A DNA stretch of 62,431 nucleotides, filler included, from Nitrospirae bacterium CG2_30_53_67 (GTDB lineage: Bacteria; CG2-30-53-67), in the NCBI GenBank assembly GCA_001873285.1. It is 4 parts of 4 records of this genome, joined end to end, with 100 filler letters (N's around TTAATTAATTAA, not from the genome) between each part and the next. Parts side by side here need not be neighbours in the genome. Positions count along the whole stretch, not along the records: positions 1 to 24,938 come from MNYV01000135.1; positions 25,039 to 49,654 come from MNYV01000020.1; 2 more parts are not named here. One strand, given 5' to 3'. The notes beneath the pieces are model-generated. The model worked only from the letters and a program-made list of their open reading frames with translations, had not been told where the DNA came from and did not search any database. The position numbers were made by a program, and so were the translations under genes. Within the stretch, counting starts at the first letter, position 1. Every line of letters begins with the position of its first letter. Of this stretch, positions 16,497 to 25,273 are shown one piece after another.

Positions 16497-18794
16497 CTAC
16501 ATCTCATAATCCTCGCCGAATATCTCGCTCTCCGCAGTCTTAGCCGTCAAGTACTCCTCTTTGGCCTTGATAAGATCCTTTCCCAAACGCGCGAATCCAT
16601 CCTGAAGCCCGGATGTCCCAGCAGTCTTCGACCAGAGATCCAGAATGATCTCCTCAAAATCCCTCTCCTCTTTTAGGTGGCCCAGGATCGGCTCGATCTC
16701 GCCGATGACCATCTCGAACATGTTGATCTTCGAGTCCAGGATCTCGATGATGTAGTCCTCAATGGTCTCCTTGACAGACAGGTTGAAAATGAAGACGTCC
16801 CGGGTCTGGCCGATCCGGTGGAGCCGTCCGATACGCTGTTCGATGCGCATGGGGTTCCAGGGGAGGTCGAAGTTGATGATGGTGTTGCAAAACTGCAGAT
16901 TCCTCCCTTCACCCCCTGACTCCGTGGAGATGAGGACCGGAACGTCGTTTTTGAACGCCTCGATCGCGGCGTCCTTTGCCTTGGAAGGCAGGTCTCCTCG
17001 GAACATCACCGAGGGGATATCATGACGGTCGAGAAGATCGGCAATGTAATCCATGCTTTTGATGAACTGGGTAAAGATGACCTTCTTTTCGCCCGGATTT
17101 TTTGCGAGGATCTCCATCAGCGCCCGCCCCTTGCCGATCTCCCCAAGACCGTCAATGCCCTCCAGAATATCCTCTGCGCCGATTCTCCCGTTCATGGCCA
17201 GAAGCGTCTGCTTCAGGGCAAAGAAGCTGCTTCCCGCCTCCCGCAGCAAAAGATAGATCGTCTGTTTTTTAAAATCCTGTCTTCTCAGGAACCCGTCAAG
17301 ACGAGCATAGACGTCCTTCTCTATTTCCGAAGGTTCCACCCGGATGGTCGCAGCGAACCGTTTCGGGAGCTTGAGGTCAATGGCGCTCCGGGTGTTTCTG
17401 ATCATGACGTCGCGCAGGAGCTCCCGCAGCCGGTCCTTGTCCGCCGTGTCCTTGAGGTTCCCCTTCCGGAGATATTCCGCCTTAAATTGCTTCTCCGTCT
17501 TGAACTGTCCGGGCTTGAGTATGGTAATCAGATTGAACAACTCGATGAGATGGTTCTGAACCGGCGTGGCCGTGAGCAGCAGGATGAATTTCTTCTGAAG
17601 CTTGTTCACCAGCTTCCAAGAAAGCGTAGAACGGTTCCGAAGGTGATGCGCCTCATCCACGACCACGAGATCGTAAAACGGCTCCGCAGCCCGCGGCATG
17701 TTCTTGGCGCTCTTGGCCGTATTCAGCGAGGCGATGATCAGCCGCTTCTTCCAGAAGCCATCCGGGTCTTCTGCGAATGCGCCGTCATCCGTGGTCACAA
17801 ACTCGAGGCCGAACTTGGCCTGCATCTCCTCCTTCCACTGCGAGACCAGCGGCGCCGGTGTGAGAACGAGGACGTTTCTTGCCATTCCCCGCATCAGGTA
17901 TTCTTTGATGATCATCCCGGCCTCAATGGTCTTGCCCAGCCCCACCTCGTCGCACAAGAGCGCCCGCCCGTGAAACTGTTTGAGCACCTTCTTGGCGGTC
18001 TCGATCTGGTACCAGTACTTTTCAACCGACACCATCGCGCTCAAACATAAAAGGTCATCGAACCCGCTCTGGACCGTGAGATAGGCGTAATCAATGTAGA
18101 GGAGGATCTCTTTGAGGGAAGACCGGCCCGATGTGACGAAGGACGATATGAGATCTTCCCGCAAAGGCTCGATTCTGACCGGGACGGAATATGCCGGAAG
18201 AGGAGTGACCGCCGGCGGCGCGGACGTGGGAGCAGAGGCCTTGCGCGCTTCCCGTCCTGCGGCAGGGCTTCCGCCTGTTCCTTTTTCTCCCGGTTCTCTG
18301 CCCGGCCCAGCGGTCCGAGATTCCGGCGTCCGCTCCGATTCCTGCTTTTCCGGATGGATGCTTAGGTTCGAGAACCGAGACGCATGTTTGCTTGCCGTCT
18401 CATGCTCCTTGTATCGTATAAAGGCATCCAGATCGGACAGTGCCCGCTTGGGACTTCGATCCGCGCGTCTGCCCGGCTGAATCTTCTGCAATGCCCTGGC
18501 TCTATTCAGATGCACCCTTGCCTGATCGAGATTCCCCAGCTCCGCCTCCAGACGACCGAACAGCCACACATCGGACCACAACGGGCCGGCCTTCACGAGC
18601 TTGTTCAGCCAGCGTTTTCCGAGTTCGTAGTTCTTCCACTCGAAAACGCAGAAATCGACCATCTCACGCGTCAGCTCATCATCGGCAAATTGATCCAGGA
18701 GCTTCTCCATGCACCGGTAGGCCCGCCTGTATTCCTGCTTCCGCCGGAATTTCTTGTAGGACTTATAAATATCGTCGGGGGTTTCGAACAACAT
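16497..18794 (-). CDS. SNF2-family helicase (YqhH-like) with N-terminal helical/TPR-like extension
   Basis: LCDEVGLGKTIEAG, VVDEAHHL, LLTATPVQN, STESGGEGRNLQ and PWNPMRIEQRIGRLHRIGQ. Confidence 0.93.
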   Translation of the reverse strand: MLFETPDDIYKSYKKFRRKQEYRRAYRCMEKLLDQFADDELTREMVDFCVFEWKNYELGKRWLNKLVKAGPLWSDVWLFGRLEAELGNLDQARVHLNRARALQKIQPGRRADRSPKRALSDLDAFIRYKEHETASKHASRFSNLSIHPEKQESERTPESRTAGPGREPGEKGTGGSPAAGREARKASAPTSAPPAVTPLPAYSVPVRIEPLREDLISSFVTSGRSSLKEILLYIDYAYLTVQSGFDDLLCLSAMVSVEKYWYQIETAKKVLKQFHGRALLCDEVGLGKTIEAGMIIKEYLMRGMARNVLVLTPAPLVSQWKEEMQAKFGLEFVTTDDGAFAEDPDGFWKKRLIIASLNTAKSAKNMPRAAEPFYDLVVVDEAHHLRNRSTLSWKLVNKLQKKFILLLTATPVQNHLIELFNLITILKPGQFKTEKQFKAEYLRKGNLKDTADKDRLRELLRDVMIRNTRSAIDLKLPKRFAATIRVEPSEIEKDVYARLDGFLRRQDFKKQTIYLLLREAGSSFFALKQTLLAMNGRIGAEDILEGIDGLGEIGKGRALMEILAKNPGEKKVIFTQFIKSMDYIADLLDRHDIPSVMFRGDLPSKAKDAAIEAFKNDVPVLISTESGGEGRNLQFCNTIINFDLPWNPMRIEQRIGRLHRIGQTRDVFIFNLSVKETIEDYIIEILDSKINMFEMVIGEIEPILGHLKEERDFEEIILDLWSKTAGTSGLQDGFARLGKDLIKAKEEYLTAKTAESEIFGEDYEM

Positions 18795-18843
18795 TCCAAG
18801 ACTCCTCGCTTAGTGGTCCTTTTCGTAAATCAAGATTCACGAC

Positions 18844-19698
18844 TCATTCCAAATATTTAAAGTTTAGATTAAGCTTACTCTTCTTAATCTGTAAATCGAG
18901 ACTGAATATGTTGTTGATTTCTATTCCCAATGGAGTAAGAAAAACTCTATCATAGCTTAAACTCGACTTAATCCTATCTACCAGTCCTAATTCCATGCAC
19001 CACAGGTTCGAGGCCAAGTCTATATCAGGATTAAAATTGGCAATATAGTCTTTGCCATTCTGGGTCAAAACAATCAAATCATTCCGCGCTTCTATCATTT
19101 CAAAATCCAGCGCAAGTCTCAAATAGCACCTGAAATTTGTCGTTTGGGGTGAAGTGAAATATTTTGCCAATTCTTTCGAATTAAGAATCTCTTTAGAATA
19201 ATCATAGAAAGGCTTAAGAATTTTATTGAGCCATCTTAAATAACAGATGGTATAGTTGGATGGCTTGGGCAGGGCCAAGCCGAAGCTCAGACTTAAACGA
19301 TCAACTGTAGATGTATAAAGATTCTTTACTTCATTTAAAGAATAAGTCCGAACCAATACGTCATTTGCCAATCCGAAAGAATCAATCTTCTGCCTAATGT
19401 TCTTTTCGGCCTCAATAGCGTAAATCATGCAATATTCCGTATTCTTTACAAAGTTGACGTTCTTATAATTTAAGACTTGATCGAAGCAATAATCTATTTT
19501 GGCCTTTTCTTCCAAAAGTGTTTCGAGTTCTACAATCAACTGATTTCTTTTAATATCTTCCAGGATAAAATCTATCCTACCAAAGTCGGTTGAAACCTGT
19601 TCCCCCCTCTTGACCGCTATTTTAAAATTCAGCGCATCTGAAAGATAGTCCAAATTATTCAGCAACGTCCATTGAACAAGTGACTCATTCATGACCAA
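18844..19698 (-). CDS. Putative restriction endonuclease (PD-(D/E)xK-like N-terminus), possibly internally deleted
   Basis: GRIDFILED...LIVELET nuclease-like motif; AT-rich; downstream of a methyltransferase fragment. Confidence 0.5.
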   Translation of the reverse strand: MVMNESLVQWTLLNNLDYLSDALNFKIAVKRGEQVSTDFGRIDFILEDIKRNQLIVELETLLEEKAKIDYCFDQVLNYKNVNFVKNTEYCMIYAIEAEKNIRQKIDSFGLANDVLVRTYSLNEVKNLYTSTVDRLSLSFGLALPKPSNYTICYLRWLNKILKPFYDYSKEILNSKELAKYFTSPQTTNFRCYLRLALDFEMIEARNDLIVLTQNGKDYIANFNPDIDLASNLWCMELGLVDRIKSSLSYDRVFLTPLGIEINNIFSLDLQIKKSKLNLNFKYLE

Positions 19699-20474
19699 AC
19701 ACCCACCTGATCGAACCCGATGGTCTCACAGAACTTGATGATCTCTTCTCTTATGGGTATGATCTTGTATCTCCCGTAATAGACCGAGCGCGCAAACTGG
19801 TCGCCGATGTTCACGCAGAGACGGCAGCCCTTGTGCAGTACCCGGCAGCACTCCTTCCAGATAAGGTTCAGGTTATTGATGTAGTCTTCGTAATTATCGT
19901 TGAACCCGATTTGATTTCCGTTGCCGTAGTCCTTCAGATGCCAATACGGAGGCGATGTGATGACAAGATGTATGCTCTCTTTCATGTCAAAACCCTTCAT
20001 TGATTTTATGTCGGCGGCACGAATCGGCAACCCGAGAGATTTGAGAACCCGTTGTCGCTCCGGCCAAACCGTTCCCGTAGTATCCAAAGTCTGGAACTCT
20101 ATCGCGACGAAGTCTTTTACCTTGCCGGCTTTAGCGGAAATCAGGAAGTAGTCCACGCTGCCGCCTGGTATCGACACTTCCGGGATCACATGGAATTCGT
20201 TTCCCGGCTCGTGCAGCGTCAGCAAATGAACGCAGTCTGTAAAAACTTGTTTGCGCTCCAACAGTCGGTTTGGGCAGATGATTATTTTTTTCGCATCTTG
20301 TCCGTATCTAACCGAGCAGGTTCCAATTGAAATGGCTGGCTGGCTTTTACGAACCTTGAAGCAGCGCGTGTTAGTGAACGGGCACCACTGTCTCTTAATA
20401 ATCTGTTCCCATTTAACGCCCTTTATCTTCTTAGTCGGGTAACCGAATAGCTCAAGCACTTTGTTTTCATTCAT
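19689..20474 (-). pseudogene. Chimera: N-terminal NotI-family endonuclease fused in frame to a truncated beta-class DNA methyltransferase
   Basis: First ~160 aa carry CPF...CFKVRKS...GTCSV...ICPNR...VDYFL...AIEFQTLDTTG (NotI-like); last ~100 aa carry HLVITSPPY...VNIGDQ but lack the SAM-binding FxGxG half. Confidence 0.7.
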
Positions 20475-20486
20475 CGGATATTGGTC

Positions 20487-21566
20487 CTATAGAAGGATGT
20501 GACATCTGCGCTCCGCAATGCGTAGGTACTCTTGGGATAAGTCGATGCCTATTGATTTTCTGCCAAGTCGCAGCGCCGCGAGCATCGTTGTTCCGGTTCC
20601 ACAAAAGGGATCAAGCGCAACGCCGTTCCCGGGACAAGTAGCCAGAATGGGAATCTTGCAAAGGTCTTCAGGATAAGCGGCAAAGTGCTCGTCACGTTGC
20701 TGGGTGTCCTCGGGGAGGATATCCCATACATCTCTCGGTTTGCTGCCTTGAGGGTGATATCTCAGAAAATAAAATCCTTTTTCGGACAGTTCTCTGGCCC
20801 TCCCAGACACCTTTTCGGAATTCGAGTGCGTTGTGCGCTGTTGTCCTCTGATGATCATCCGAAAATCCGCGACCTTCCCCTTTCTCATATCGTCAAGCAG
20901 AGAGTTCAGCGCAAGAAGCGCGTTTTTCTTCTCCTGCGGCGTCAGTGCGGAAGATAGTTCTATTTGCCGCTTGTATCTCACACCGCTTACGCCTGTCGCG
21001 GATACAATGGCGCCGTTCACTACTTTACTTTTTTTCGGGTTTGATCGAATAGCATCAACATCGTAATAGTATCCCTTCGGCGACTTGACAAAATGAAAAA
21101 CATATTCATGGACATTCCCGAGCTTGTCGAGAGCATTGTCCGGCCCGCCCTTTACCTTGTTCCATATCACATCATTCCGGAGAACCCAACCTTGTCTGTC
21201 GGTGAGCTCAAAGGCTACTCTCCAGGGAATGCCTAACAGACGTTTGTTCTGATAAGTATCTCCGATGTTCAGCCAAAAAGACCCCGTGTTTTTCAGAACG
21301 CGCTTAAGTTCAAAAAATACCGCTGATAGTTGAAGGATATAATTCTTATAGTCGTCCTCAAGACCGATACCAGTGACGGCGTACTGCCTCTGACCCCAAT
21401 AAGGCGGACTCGTCATGCAGCAATCAACTGATTCCGCAGGGAAGGCTCTAAGCACTTCCAGTGCATTGCCGCAGATAAATAACGGGCGTACTGATGAGCC
21501 TCGAAGGTAATCCGCTAATTCCCGATCAACGGCATCTATGACTATGGTTGCTGCTTGTTCTCGCAT
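20487..21566 (-). CDS. Beta-class N4-C/N6-A DNA methyltransferase, probable partner of the NotI-like nuclease
   Basis: TSPPYW, WLNIGDTY, HFAAYP and LDPFCGTGTT. Confidence 0.92.
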   Translation of the reverse strand: MREQAATIVIDAVDRELADYLRGSSVRPLFICGNALEVLRAFPAESVDCCMTSPPYWGQRQYAVTGIGLEDDYKNYILQLSAVFFELKRVLKNTGSFWLNIGDTYQNKRLLGIPWRVAFELTDRQGWVLRNDVIWNKVKGGPDNALDKLGNVHEYVFHFVKSPKGYYYDVDAIRSNPKKSKVVNGAIVSATGVSGVRYKRQIELSSALTPQEKKNALLALNSLLDDMRKGKVADFRMIIRGQQRTTHSNSEKVSGRARELSEKGFYFLRYHPQGSKPRDVWDILPEDTQQRDEHFAAYPEDLCKIPILATCPGNGVALDPFCGTGTTMLAALRLGRKSIGIDLSQEYLRIAERRCHILL

Positions 21567-21605
21567 AGTATGCCTTTCTGTTCTGTTTAAGTTCTTTCGG
21601 TATTT

Positions 21606-21902
21606 TTATGATGCATTGCTACCTTTTTCACCGAACGCAGAGGGAATCATCGAGAACTTAAGATTGTTGATATAGTCCTCATAACTGTCGTTGAATCCGA
21701 TCTGACTTCCGTTACCGTAGTCCTTCAGTTGCCAATACGGAGGCGATGTGATGACAAGATGTATGCTCACTTCTTTCAGCTCTTGCATTCTGCGGCCGTC
21801 ACCGATGATAATGGTGTTTTTGGGAGACATATTTTTTACCTCTGCTTTAATAGCCATATATCTTTTCGTATCTGTCTTCCGTCCACTCCCATATCGAGAC
21901 AT
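21606..21902 (-). pseudogene. N-terminal fragment of a beta-class DNA methyltransferase
   Basis: IIIGDGRRM...HLVITSPPYWQLKDYG...YEDYINNL, then homology stops; near copy of 19870-19977. Confidence 0.75.
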
Positions 21903-22164
21903 CGTGCTTGCCTGATTTGTTTATGCCCCCAGGTTCATAGCCACAGTCAGAGGCAATTTCTTCGAAAACTCTCGTAGCTTCCTCAAGTGAACCAAAATGA
22001 TTTACTTCGACTGCTACTCCTTGTTTGACCCACACAACTACATATTCTGCTATACATGGCTCCGGCATCATATAACAAATAACGCCATCTTCATTGATAA
22101 ATACATCATCCATTCCTTTCCTTTTCCTCCGCTGCAACGCAATATGACTGTTTTGGAAAATCAA
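21847..22164 (-). CDS. Small acidic hypothetical protein
   Basis: ORF with AAGGAAAGG RBS before MDDVF; no recognisable motif. Confidence 0.4.
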   Translation of the reverse strand: MIFQNSHIALQRRKRKGMDDVFINEDGVICYMMPEPCIAEYVVVWVKQGVAVEVNHFGSLEEATRVFEEIASDCGYEPGGINKSGKHDVSIWEWTEDRYEKIYGY

Positions 22165-22574
22165 CTACAACCAAGTAATACGACCAGAGAATTCGGAAAC
22201 CGTTCTCCAGTCATCCATCATGTCATCCTCCTTTGGTTAGGGATTTGAGTGGACAAACATCGTAACCGAAGAGGCGACAGACCGCCAATACTTAACCCCA
22301 GAACTTGGAGGGAAGATCCTAACTCTTACAATTTAAAAATCGCCCTATCTCTTCTTGGTTCTTTTTTTCATAGCAACGTTTTCTGCCTTTTTCGTAGTCA
22401 GGTCACTACCCACCAATTCATCACAGATGTCAAACAGATGATAAACATCCCAGCTTGTCGCCTCAAATCTAATTCGTGCTCTTGATACGTACTTTTTACC
22501 GTTCATTTGTAGAAACCCTCAGGAAACCCCGTGGGTTTCTGCCCTTCGGGTCCCACTAAGGATAATTCCGGAAG

Positions 22575-22633
22575 CTGCGCGCCAAACAGCATGACGGCTT
22601 CATGCCACGTCCGTCTTGATCGGCTTGTTGGGG
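22575..22633 (-). other. Truncated attC-like site overlapping the end of the SfiI-type methyltransferase
   Basis: Minus strand CCCCAAC AAGCC GATCAAGACGGACG...GCCGTCATGC resembles the left half of an attC site; no matching right half or GTTRRRY found. Confidence 0.45.
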
Positions 22634-23616
22634 GCTGCTTCACTGCTTTTTCGCGTTAACTGAAATAAATCGAGATTCTCTTGTTTGCCCTTCATAAGAG
22701 CAAGCGTGAGCGCTCTCTTTGCTAAATCAACAGATGAGGGACAAACATCAACTCCAATAAATCGACGATTCTCACGAATCGCGGCGGTTGCCGATGTCCC
22801 GCTCCCTACGAAGCAATCCAGAACCAAGTCGCCAGGATCAGTGAGCAACCGTATTACCCGTCGCGGCAATTCAAGCGGAAACTTGGCTTCATGATCATCG
22901 TTTGCGCGCACTGAAGGTATATACCATACCCCACGCGAACCCCATGTCGTCCATTCATCGTCTGTTAAGCGATCCTTATCGACCTTTGTATGCCCCGGTT
23001 TCCAAAATATGTATATGTACTCGAACTCGTCAACTGCTCTGTAACTCATGGTGTGCCAGCGAGAATTTTCCCACGCGGCATCTTTGACCCAGGCTCTACG
23101 GTCATATAGATAGAGTCCACAGTCTAAGGCGTACTGTTCGATCATGCCGCCGACGAGCTTGACTCGGGTCTGTGTTTCATACTTCCCACCTCGGATGTTG
23201 TTACCCTTCATTCTCCGGTCGACCGTTTGCTCGCTGCAGCCAAGTATTGCGGCAATTTGCTTACGATTGAAACCCGGATGCCTGGACCATACCTCAAGCA
23301 CCTTCTCACGTGTTATATCGTTCCGTTTTCTGCGCGATATATTTTCAGCCATTATTCTCGGCATATCCGGATCTTTAAAACAAAGTATATCCGCGATATT
23401 GATAGCGAGAAACGCTCCCGGTTTCAGAATAATTGAATGAGCTTCAATCGTGCGACGTAATAGGTTTTTCCAATCAAAAAAGGACATATCACGTTCGTAA
23501 GCTTTTCCAACATGATAGGGGGGCGACCATACACTGAGTGCTACTGTATTAGCATCAATATGTTCAGCAAGATTTCTAGCATCCCCCTCATAAATGTTAT
23601 CGGGTTCATATTTCAT
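22600..23616 (-). CDS. Beta-class DNA methyltransferase with inserted HTH, M.SfiI-like
   Basis: WSPPY; internal HTH RKQIAAILGCSEQTVDRR; HEAKFP; LDCFVGSGTS; paired with an SfiI-like nuclease; start re-called at MKYEP. Confidence 0.88.
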   Translation of the reverse strand: MKYEPDNIYEGDARNLAEHIDANTVALSVWSPPYHVGKAYERDMSFFDWKNLLRRTIEAHSIILKPGAFLAINIADILCFKDPDMPRIMAENISRRKRNDITREKVLEVWSRHPGFNRKQIAAILGCSEQTVDRRMKGNNIRGGKYETQTRVKLVGGMIEQYALDCGLYLYDRRAWVKDAAWENSRWHTMSYRAVDEFEYIYIFWKPGHTKVDKDRLTDDEWTTWGSRGVWYIPSVRANDDHEAKFPLELPRRVIRLLTDPGDLVLDCFVGSGTSATAAIRENRRFIGVDVCPSSVDLAKRALTLALMKGKQENLDLFQLTRKSSEAAPNKPIKTDVA

Positions 23617-23623
23617 ACACACC

Positions 23624-24343
23624 TCACCCATCCCATTTGGAGTTAATGGTACGATCTTCTGAATTATACTCAACTGTCTGGACACGCCAGACAGCCTTCA
23701 GTTTAAGGCGATGGAAGCTGAGTCGAACGCGGAACTCTTCTCCACGCGAAGGAGCGTTGCGTCCCGCGATCCATATTGTATCATGGGCATTTGGATTATA
23801 GCGGTCTTGGAGAATGCCACTCGGGATTGCCGCAAGTGTTAGTTGCTTAAGCCTGTAGTTTTCATGCTCGTCTTCATAATGATAATGGGCCAGTAACGTC
23901 GTTGTAATGAATGCTTGCCCACCATGTACGGATACGACCGGCAAATCGCCTCTTTGCTCCACCTCTCGGCCACTTCTTACTTGGCGAATGGCTAACGCCA
24001 ACTGTGACATCTGCATGGTCGCACTACTACTATTTTTCTCGGCCTTGCTATCAACGAAAAGAGCCTGTCGAGCCGAGAACTCCGGCAAGATAATGTATCT
24101 CGCTTTGCGGTAATCAACATTGCCAAGAATCCTTTGCTGAACTTGATAGCCGCCAAGCCGATCCAACATTTCCCTTGTAATATCTTCCGCAATATCTTTT
24201 GGATCATCCGAACTTTGCTTGAAAATGTCGAAAGCGTCATAACCGAAATCAAAGGCGGCAGCATAGAGAGACCTGAGACTCTGTTTCTCGATTGCCTCTA
24301 TCTCATCCGGTGTTAAATTGTTTGGGTCTCGTAGATGTTTCAT
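23624..24343 (-). CDS. SfiI-family type II restriction endonuclease
   Basis: EIEAIEKQSLR, IAEDIT, VDYRKARY, LFVDSKA, RYNP...AGRNAPSRGEEFRVRLSF...WRVQ parallel the R.SfiI sequence as recalled. Confidence 0.85.
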   Translation of the reverse strand: MKHLRDPNNLTPDEIEAIEKQSLRSLYAAAFDFGYDAFDIFKQSSDDPKDIAEDITREMLDRLGGYQVQQRILGNVDYRKARYIILPEFSARQALFVDSKAEKNSSSATMQMSQLALAIRQVRSGREVEQRGDLPVVSVHGGQAFITTTLLAHYHYEDEHENYRLKQLTLAAIPSGILQDRYNPNAHDTIWIAGRNAPSRGEEFRVRLSFHRLKLKAVWRVQTVEYNSEDRTINSKWDG

Positions 24344-24570
24344 TATGAATAAATCTCTTCCCACTCATCCTTCAATTCTTTATATACCTCTCATGTCATC
24401 ATCTGCTCGCATTCGGGGCAGAAGCCGTCACAGCCGTCGTCGATGTAAGTGAAGCCGAGCTCGCTATATATTTTGTTAAACTGTTCGGGGTCGGCGGCAT
24501 ATTGCTCAAATTTTCCGACTCTCTCATTGAATTTTGTTCGTAATGCATCTTTGTCGCAATCTTTTCCCAT
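24343..24570 (-). CDS. Small Cys-rich protein with in-frame UGA (candidate selenoprotein or nonsense pseudogene)
   Basis: AAAGGAG RBS; MGKDCDK...DDGCDGFCPECEQMMT-UGA(24391-24393)-EVYKELKDEWEEIYS-TAA; the TAA overlaps the nuclease ATG (TAATG). Confidence 0.55.
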
Positions 24571-24762
24571 CTGTCACTCCTTTCTGTCCCCACTCATCCT
24601 CATCTGCAAAGTGAGAGAGTTCTTTATCTTTATTCAATGGATTCAATTGAAGCATAAACATGGGAGGTTGTCAACAAGAATTTTACGAAACCCATAAGAA
24701 AATAACTTGAAAAGAAAAACATCGGGTAGGAAGAGGCTCTTAAAAATTCTGAAAGGAATAGA

Positions 24763-24938
24763 CTATACCTCCGGCAGCATGATGTTGATCTGGGCGCCAG
24801 GGAAAGGGGCAAGATTGCGTTCGCGCTCTTTGCCCCAGACCCATTCGGGAATGATGGAGAGCTTTGCTGTTCCCGAACGGATGGAGAGTTTGCCGTTCCA
24901 CTCCTTCACAAACCGCCGCACGCCCGCCAGCCCCTGGC
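24763..24938 (-). CDS. C-terminus of a GHKL/HATPase_c protein (5' part lost in gap)
   Basis: Manual translation QGLAGVRRFVKEWNGKLSIRSG...PFPGAQINIMLPEV* fits the HATPase G2 box and last strands. Confidence 0.65.
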
Positions 24939-25038
24939 NNNNNNNNNNNNNNNNNNNNNNNNNNNNNNNNNNNNNNNNNNNNTTAATTAATTAANNNNNN
25001 NNNNNNNNNNNNNNNNNNNNNNNNNNNNNNNNNNNNNN
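24939..25038. other. Artificial contig linker
   Basis: N-run, TTAATTAATTAA, N-run; exactly 100 nt and repeated at all three gaps. Confidence 0.97.
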
Positions 25039-25110
25039 AAAAATGGGCGCTGTCCCTATTTATTCGTTATTTATTCGTCCAAAAATGGGCGCTGTCCCTA
25101 TTTATTCGTC
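25039..25110. repeat. Tandem pair of REP-like palindromes AAAAATGGGCGCTGTCCCTATTTATTCGT
   Basis: Two copies about 42 bp apart at the contig end; a third copy AATAGGGCGCTGTCCCTATT lies near 45637-45656. Confidence 0.75.
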
Positions 25111-25138
25111 CCGGGTAATATTGAACTCCCGGCAAGTG

Positions 25139-25198
25139 GCCTAACGACAAGCATAAGCGGCGGCGCTTTTTGCCGTCCGCTTGATGCGCTTGTTATGT
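25139..25198 (-). other. attC: Integron attC site (60 bp)
   Basis: Minus strand ACATAAC-AAGCG-CATCAAGCGGACGGCAAAAAGCGCCGCCGCTTATG-CTTGTC-GTTAGGC; hairpin with an extrahelical C in the left L box. Confidence 0.9.
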
Positions 25199-25273
25199 GT
25201 ATTTTTTCTTTCATTTATAATCTTGCCCGTCTTTCTCAACTAAAACAAGGATGGCGGAAGCTGATTCTCTTCA

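Noticed and set aside
22345..22506. 53-codon minus-strand ORF MNGKKYVSRAR...
   Set aside because: Plausible RBS but no motif or other support; it lies in degraded island DNA
24707..24994. Plus-strand 95-aa ORF from the track
   Set aside because: The minus-strand frame gives a coherent HATPase C-terminus; the plus-strand ORF runs into the linker
24939..25038. TTAATTAATTAA motif between N runs, also at 49655-49754 and 55648-55747
   Set aside because: Identical 100-nt linker with stops in all six frames; an assembly artefact, and ORF tails ending in X...LIN are not real
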